The notes below the pieces were generated by a model. That model was not told the origin of the DNA, searched no databases, and saw only the letters and a program-made list of their open reading frames with translations. 64,000 nucleotides of DNA. Source: an uncultured Luminiphilus sp. (GTDB lineage Bacteria; Pseudomonadota; Gammaproteobacteria; Pseudomonadales; Halieaceae). Both the position numbers and the translations under genes were made by a program. The first letter of the stretch is position 1. The number at the start of each line of letters is the position of its first letter. The DNA is taken from contig CALKDK010000018.1 of the NCBI GenBank assembly GCA_938084055.1, positions 55,116-119,115 of the forward strand. Direction: 5' to 3'. Positions 58,303 to 64,000 of this stretch are shown here, in pieces.

Positions 58303-58935
58303 ATGGGTAAGATAACCAAGGTTCACGCGCAGGCGCTCAGCGCCCATTCTACCGACGCTCTGTTGGCGGTTTACGACGAATGGGCGGCACGCTATGACCA
58401 TGATCTGACCGAGGAATGGGGCTACAGCACGCCGGCTCGAGTGGTTGACTTTCTGTGCCAGTATCTCAACCAGAGCAATCCGTTGGTGCTCGATGCCGGC
58501 TGCGGGACTGGTCTGGTGGGTGTCGCTCTCGCCAATGCCGGCGTGGCGAGGGTAGAGGGTATCGACTTCTCCGGGGCCATGCTCCGGGAGGCGGCGGGGA
58601 AAAAGATTTACCGTCAGCTTCACTGCCTGGATATGAATGACGACCTGCCCCTGGCGAGTGGCCGTTACGACGGCGTGACCTGTGTTGGCACGTTCACCAC
58701 CGCCCACGTGCAACCCAAGGCGCTGTATGAGCTGGTACGGGTCACGCGGCCAGGGGGAATACTGAGTTTCAGCGTCCGGATTGAATACTGGAATGCCACC
58801 CACTTTCGTAGCCTGCTGACCGCTATGGACGTCGCCGGCGCGGCTGTTCTGGAGGAAGTCAGAACCGAGCCCTATGTCGATTCAGAGGGTTCCAAATGCA
58901 AGCTGGTGGTATTGCGGGTGCCGGGTGAGGCTTGA
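58303..58935 (+). CDS. Class I SAM-dependent methyltransferase
   Basis: GGAGG RBS; YDEWA..YD, VLDAGCGTGL, GIDFS..ML, RVTRPGG. Confidence 0.88.
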   Translation: MGKITKVHAQALSAHSTDALLAVYDEWAARYDHDLTEEWGYSTPARVVDFLCQYLNQSNPLVLDAGCGTGLVGVALANAGVARVEGIDFSGAMLREAAGKKIYRQLHCLDMNDDLPLASGRYDGVTCVGTFTTAHVQPKALYELVRVTRPGGILSFSVRIEYWNATHFRSLLTAMDVAGAAVLEEVRTEPYVDSEGSKCKLVVLRVPGEA

Positions 58936-58961
58936 CTGTCCGGCACGGTCGTCGTGTTGTT

Positions 58962-59999
58962 TTACTGGACATGCTCCGGCGCTTCCGACGGGTCGGAACG
59001 ACAGGTGTCTCTGTACCCGCTGGGCGTGGTTCCGGTCCAGCGTCGGAAGGCCCGGGTAAAAGCTGAGGCATCGGCAAAGCCGCAGGCGAGGCCCACCTCC
59101 GTTGCCGAAATGTCCGGTGAGGCCAACAACTGTTGTGCCAGGTGCAGGCGTGTTTGCTGCACCACTTCCCCGTAGGTCGTGTTCTCGGCTTTCAGACGTC
59201 GCTGTAGCGTGCGTGCGCTCATGTTCAGTGTCTGCGCTACCACCTCCTCCGAGGAAAGCCCCTCTTCCAGCGACTCAAGAAGGTGCAGGCGAACACTGGC
59301 CGCTACGTTCCCTGACTTGAGCCCCCTTATCAGGTTGTCGAGCATGGGCTGGTTGGCACGCACGATCTCGGTGTTGCTCATTTGCCAGGGAGCTTCCAGA
59401 GCAGCCTTGTCAAAGATCATGGCGGCCTGTTCGCAGGCCCATGTGACGGGTAGGCCCAGGGCCTGGGTGAGGCAGGTATTATCGGGTTCAGGGACGGTAA
59501 GCTGCGTTGCAATCGGTGCCAGCGATGGTGGCGCGGCCACTTTCATCCAGCGCCAAAGCATGGCAAAAAAATAGGGCTCTAGGACATCTAGAACCTTGCG
59601 AAAAGCACCGTGTCTAAGCTGTAGTGCCACTTTGCCAACTGCGGTTGACAGCTCAAACTGGGCCCCCGATGACATGATTTTCTGGTAGCGGATAGCGCGT
59701 TCCAGGGCTTCCAGACCTGTCTTTGAAGCCAGCATTGTAATGCCAAGTGCATGGGCATCGTTGAGCTTGTGGTAAGCGGCGAGCTCGCTCCCCAGGCAGG
59801 GTCGCGCGGATTCGTCCCGCAGGTCGATCAACAACCCTTCAACGGCGCCAGCGGGAAACCTCTCCCGAGGCTCCTGGGTTTGACGCACATCCAGGCCATG
59901 GCGGCTGAAGCAGGCGGCTGGGTCCTGCCCCTGCGCCTCCAGCCAGCGCACCACCATTCGCAATTGGGTGGCGAGCACGCTGTGTGTCTCCAGTGTCAA
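58962..59999 (-). CDS. AraC-family regulator (OruR/Arabinose_bd_2 type)
   Basis: C-terminal MSARTLQRRL and CGFADASAFTRAFRRWTGTTP; TTG start after AGGGAA. Confidence 0.9.
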   Translation of the reverse strand: MTLETHSVLATQLRMVVRWLEAQGQDPAACFSRHGLDVRQTQEPRERFPAGAVEGLLIDLRDESARPCLGSELAAYHKLNDAHALGITMLASKTGLEALERAIRYQKIMSSGAQFELSTAVGKVALQLRHGAFRKVLDVLEPYFFAMLWRWMKVAAPPSLAPIATQLTVPEPDNTCLTQALGLPVTWACEQAAMIFDKAALEAPWQMSNTEIVRANQPMLDNLIRGLKSGNVAASVRLHLLESLEEGLSSEEVVAQTLNMSARTLQRRLKAENTTYGEVVQQTRLHLAQQLLASPDISATEVGLACGFADASAFTRAFRRWTGTTPSGYRDTCRSDPSEAPEHVQ

Positions 60000-60220
60000 A
60001 TTCCCCTACTCCCCTGTCTGAATGGCGTTTGCTGGTGGCTACGGTGGCGCCCAAAGACAACAAGGTGGCTAGACCGGCAAAGCACCGTGTATCCCAAACA
60101 CCCACGATGTGGGTGTCATGGTCACGCTATCACACCGCATTGGGATATGGGGATAGCAAAACCCGGCGTCCGGGGATATGGGTTGTCGAGCCCGGCAGTT
60201 GTACCAAGGAGGTATCAAAC

Positions 60221-60802
60221 ATGAGTCAGTCAACAAAAACGTTCCCGGGCCCGTGGCAGGGCAGCATCCAATCGATGGAGGGGGAGCAGGACACCGCAGG
60301 TGGCGACTCGCTATCAACAAGTCACGCCATTTACGACCGGGCCCTGCACATGGGTCGGTTTCGCTTTGGCTGGTCGGCCGTTCAGCGCGATTTCCTACAG
60401 CACGAGGTGTCCCTGTGGTCGTCGGCGACTTGCCGGGATCTCGGTGCGGAGGTGGCGGGTATTTCTGATCGGCTGGTCTGGGAGCTGTTGCCTCTGGAAC
60501 AGGCGGCCCTGTGTCGCTTCCGGGTGCATTTAATGGACCAGCTGCTGCTGGAGGAGGTTCTGTCAGAGCCCCTGCAAAGTGCACTGGGTCAACTCAGGAA
60601 AAGGGAAATCTCCCAGCAGCGCGAGTACGAGCAACTGGCAGTTGTGGTACAGAGTGTCGCCCATGGCCGTGAGCGGGAAATCCATAACGCCTGGTTCTTG
60701 GATGTGCTCACCACCCGGGCCGCAAGCCAGTGGAACGGCGAACTGATGAAAGTAGGCCTGCTCGCTCTCGCACAGCTGTTGCTCAATTCGACGCAGGACT
60801 GA
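60221..60802 (+). CDS. Hypothetical protein, possibly a degenerate ferritin-like metal-dependent hydrolase
   Basis: AAGGAGG RBS before ATG 60221; divergent from the AraC gene; helical sequence. Confidence 0.55.
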   Translation: MSQSTKTFPGPWQGSIQSMEGEQDTAGGDSLSTSHAIYDRALHMGRFRFGWSAVQRDFLQHEVSLWSSATCRDLGAEVAGISDRLVWELLPLEQAALCRFRVHLMDQLLLEEVLSEPLQSALGQLRKREISQQREYEQLAVVVQSVAHGREREIHNAWFLDVLTTRAASQWNGELMKVGLLALAQLLLNSTQD

Positions 60803-60971
60803 TGGTGGCCCTGGTGATGCACTGCCTGCGCCGCCCGCAGCTTGCCTCTCGGAGGCTCCGGGCGCTCCAGACCTGGGTCACGGGATTGGGTGTTCGTACC
60901 GCCTGAGTCGCTTTCGTGGCGTTATCGGTACCGAAGTCATGGTGTCAAGCCGTTGTGCCGAGTCGCTATGC

Positions 60972-61001
60972 CGAGCAGCCCCTGTACGAGCAGCCCCTGT
61001 A
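60972..61001. repeat. Perfect 15-bp tandem duplication CGAGCAGCCCCTGTA x2
   Basis: Read directly: copies at 60972-60986 and 60987-61001. Confidence 0.85.
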
Positions 61002-61096
61002 AAAGTAGCGCTGGGAAGGCGTATGCGATCTGTGGCAGGCTTCGTCGCGAACCCCACTCGGGGTTGGTAATGGCAATCCAGTGACTGGAGAAAAGC

Positions 61097-62449
61097 ATGC
61101 GCAAGATTGGGTGGCTCGTCCTTGTGGTGGTGGGTTTGGTAGGTTTTGTGGCCCATCAGGCCGGAAAGATCGGTGTGGGTTATGCCGCCAAGCAGCTCTG
61201 TTCAGGCGTCTTTGTCAGCGGTTTAAGCAGTGATTTTGTGCTCGCCCATGACATTGAGCCCCGCCTTGCCACGGTCCCCTTGCTGTCCGAATTCTTGACG
61301 ACTCGTGTGGGTGACAGTGAGGCATCAGCGCGGGTCTTAACGGCCGCGGCAAGTGCGGCCTACCGGCCCGGTTACGGCTGCACGCTCCACGGCGATGTCG
61401 CTGCCGGTGACAGCAGCGCGGGGCTGGCGGCGTTGCCCGGTTACAGCAGTGAATCCCCGGGTGAGGCCAGTCTCGATTCGTCGCTCATGGATATTGCTGG
61501 ACGCGCCTTTATCGACACCGAAAACGGAGGTCGTAACACCCTGGCCTTCCTGGTGCTGCACCGGGGCCAGCTGGTTGCGGAACGCTACGCGCCATCGGTG
61601 ACGGCGGACACCCGCCTGCAGGGGTGGTCCATGAATAAAAGTTTGATGGCGTCCTTCGTCGGGTTGCAGGTGGCTGCAGGCAGGATGGATTTGGCGGATC
61701 CTGTGGCTGCAGGTCTCGCAGCACGGGGCATTAACCCCAAACAATACGCCGGTCTGTCTGGCGATATGACCCTCAAACACCTCATGTCCATGACCAGCGG
61801 TCTCGATTTTGAGGAGCGCTATTTTCCCGGTGATGACGTAACGGACATGCTGTACGGGCACAACCCCATGTGGACCGTGCCGGCCAGCCAGGCGCAGCGC
61901 CACCCCCCCGGTGCGGTTTTTTCTTATTCCAGTGGCGATACCAACCTCGTGTCATTTTTGTGGCAAAGCACGCTGGACGGCGAGCCCTATCCTGACTGGT
62001 TGCACCGCGAGGTGTATACGCCATTGGGGTTGAGCGCCCCGATTTTGGAGCCCGACGTTTCCGGCATACAGGTGGGGTCGAGTTTTGCCTTCCTGACGGC
62101 CCGCGACTGGGCCCGGGTTGGCCAGTGGTGGCTGGATGCCTTGCACGGACGGGATACTCGATTGCCCCAGGTGTGGCAGCGCCTTGCTGTGACCCCGGGA
62201 GAAGGCACCGGCGGCGCCAATTATGGTTTGGGCTTCTGGCTCAACACCGGCCAGCGTATTTTCCCCCAGCTCCCGGCCAATACTTTTCACGCCGGCGGTA
62301 ATTCTGGCCAGTTCGTGGTGGTAATTCCCGAGCGGGAGCTGGTGGTGGTGCGCCTGGGACTGACCCTGGATGAATCCAGGGCTGCTCTGGGGCCCATTCT
62401 TGCCGATCTCCATGCCTGGGCGGGCCGTCACGCATCCAAAACCCCCTAG
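61097..62449 (+). CDS. Membrane-anchored serine hydrolase (6-aminohexanoate-dimer hydrolase-like)
   Basis: N-terminal TM; GYAAKQLCSGVF, WSMNKS (SxxK), FSYSSG, GNSGQ. Confidence 0.87.
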   Translation: MRKIGWLVLVVVGLVGFVAHQAGKIGVGYAAKQLCSGVFVSGLSSDFVLAHDIEPRLATVPLLSEFLTTRVGDSEASARVLTAAASAAYRPGYGCTLHGDVAAGDSSAGLAALPGYSSESPGEASLDSSLMDIAGRAFIDTENGGRNTLAFLVLHRGQLVAERYAPSVTADTRLQGWSMNKSLMASFVGLQVAAGRMDLADPVAAGLAARGINPKQYAGLSGDMTLKHLMSMTSGLDFEERYFPGDDVTDMLYGHNPMWTVPASQAQRHPPGAVFSYSSGDTNLVSFLWQSTLDGEPYPDWLHREVYTPLGLSAPILEPDVSGIQVGSSFAFLTARDWARVGQWWLDALHGRDTRLPQVWQRLAVTPGEGTGGANYGLGFWLNTGQRIFPQLPANTFHAGGNSGQFVVVIPERELVVVRLGLTLDESRAALGPILADLHAWAGRHASKTP

Positions 62450-62608
62450 CGCCTGGGGCATGGACCAATCCGCCAGCGCTCCCGGCCGCCCTGGCCGGAT
62501 GCCAGCGAGCTGCATTTTGGTAGGCATTGCTAATGCCCTGGACGGGAGGACAGGTTAACGAAACGGTTGGCAGCCGGAGGGAAGCTGACGACGTGCGCCG
62601 GCGTGATG

Positions 62609-63664
62609 TTAAGGGGTCAAGACGGCGCCTTTACCCGGCTCGAGTACCCAGAAGGTATCGCTTGCCACACCCTGGCTTTCGAGGGCGTCGGCCAGGTCGA
62701 CCAATGGGTCATCAATGGCTTCCCAGGTCAGCTGGAAAACACCGAAGTGAATGCCCAGGCTCTGCTGGCTGCGCAGATCCCTGTGGGCGCGTACGGCTTC
62801 TTCGGGGTTGAGGTGGATGTCCTGCATGAACCAGCGCGGCTCATAGGCACCAATGGGTAGCAGGCTCAGGGCAAAGGGTCCCCAGCGTTCACCCTGTTCG
62901 CGAAAGTGCTCTGAGTAGCCTGTATCACCGGCGAAGTAGATCGCGCCCTCGGGTGTCTCCAGTACGAATGACCCCCACAGGGTTTTCATCTGGTCGAGTG
63001 CGCCCCGGCCAGAGCGGTGCTGGCATTCGACAAAATGAATGGTGATGTCGCCCAGCAGGAGTGACCCGCCCCAGTCCAGTTCGGTAGCAGACGGGTAGCC
63101 CTGTTTGCGCAGCAGCTGTTGGTTACCCAGTCCGGATACGATGAGAGGTTCCTTGTCCTGTTGCTGGCGGATTGCCCTGAGGCTCGCGGTATCCAAATGA
63201 TCGTAGTGGTTGTGGCTGATCAGTATCAGGTCGATTTCGGGCAGGTCGGAGAGGGGGATACCCGGTGCGCGGACGCGTTTGGGCCCGGCAAAGGCAACTG
63301 GGCTGACCCGCTCAGACCAAACCGGATCGGTGAGGATATTAAGTCCTGCCACCTGTACGAGGACCGTTGCGTGGTTGATGTAGGTCGCTCGTATTCCCGA
63401 TGACACCTGGGGTTCGATGGCATCTGCCGGTGGATTGTCCCGCCATTTGGGCCAGGGCTGTTCGTTGAACAGACTGGTCCATAAAAAACGGCTGATGTCG
63501 CCGAGATGTTTATCGCTGCCGTTGCGATTGTGGAAGCGTCTGCCGTCGTAGTGGCCACTCACGGTCCAGGTCTCCTGTTCGGTACGGTCGGGTTGGGTGC
63601 GCGGTGACGGGCCGGGAAGGACCATCAGGCACAGTGCAATAACAAGAGTTTTTGCAGGGGACAT
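62609..63664 (-). CDS. MBL-fold metallo-hydrolase (NAPE-PLD/RomA-like)
   Basis: TDPVWS, SHNHYDHLD, HRSGR, FAGDTGY, PIGAYEPRWFM..H, GIHFG. Confidence 0.88.
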   Translation of the reverse strand: MSPAKTLVIALCLMVLPGPSPRTQPDRTEQETWTVSGHYDGRRFHNRNGSDKHLGDISRFLWTSLFNEQPWPKWRDNPPADAIEPQVSSGIRATYINHATVLVQVAGLNILTDPVWSERVSPVAFAGPKRVRAPGIPLSDLPEIDLILISHNHYDHLDTASLRAIRQQQDKEPLIVSGLGNQQLLRKQGYPSATELDWGGSLLLGDITIHFVECQHRSGRGALDQMKTLWGSFVLETPEGAIYFAGDTGYSEHFREQGERWGPFALSLLPIGAYEPRWFMQDIHLNPEEAVRAHRDLRSQQSLGIHFGVFQLTWEAIDDPLVDLADALESQGVASDTFWVLEPGKGAVLTP

Positions 63665-64000
63665 AGCGAGCCAAACTGGGTTATGGCTAGAGTTACGCGG
63701 ATCATGCGCACATCGATCAGTAATGGGGCAAAGTACGATCCGTACACCCGGAACCGTTGGATGAACGAAAATCAGGCAGTCAGGGTTGGGGATTGCCCGA
63801 TTATTGCTGTCGGAGGTCAATCCAATGCGCGGCGTTTGACTGCCAATGCCGGCCTTTTATTAAAACATTCACTGTTGACGGTTTTTTGGGAAGGGGTTAG
63901 CTTGGACCCCGGTCCGTAGTGACCTTACCCGGTTCTGGGGGGTAACGCAGCGTGGTGTGCTGTGTTGCGGCCGTCATGGCTGGGCTGCGAACAATAACTT

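Noticed and set aside
57913-58319. Long N-terminal extensions of the methyltransferase and SnoaL ORFs overlapping head to head
   Set aside because: Better RBS-supported starts at 58303 and 58040 leave a normal divergent spacer.
2542-63664. Antibiotic-resistance call for three SxxK proteins and the MBL-fold protein
   Set aside because: Motifs fit esterase/amidase and NAPE-PLD-like subfamilies; the class A/C triad motifs (SDN or YxN with KTG) are absent.
1-64000. CRISPR arrays, tRNA/rRNA, transposases, integrases; apparent abundance of CCCGGG
   Set aside because: None recognised. CCCGGG frequency could not be counted and may simply reflect GC content.

Overview
A GC-rich (roughly 60%) bacterial window of about 47 protein-coding genes. 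Gene style suggests a marine gammaproteobacterium of the OM60/NOR5 (Halieaceae) type; this is inference only. I saw no rRNA, tRNA, CRISPR array, IS element or phage gene. The window is mostly a scavenging and catabolic region for methylated and quaternary amines. It carries a DmdA-like aminomethyltransferase; a TetR-linked operon of two phytoene-desaturase/PYROXD2-like flavoproteins, a GcvT-family protein and a Rieske oxygenase; a trimethylamine-dehydrogenase-like flavoprotein operon with a second Rieske oxygenase; a gamma-butyrobetaine to carnitine to dehydrocarnitine operon; betA; two BCCT carriers; five MFS transporters; and many exported hydrolases. The most striking unexplained structure occurs twice: a TonB-dependent receptor with an extremely tyrosine-dense segment, located beside a cytoplasmic TPR protein carrying a tyrosylprotein-sulfotransferase-like domain. 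This suggests a possible undescribed receptor-sulfation or amine-capture system. Several starts were moved from the ORF track to better ATG/GTG/TTG codons. All functional calls come from motif recognition by eye, not database searches.
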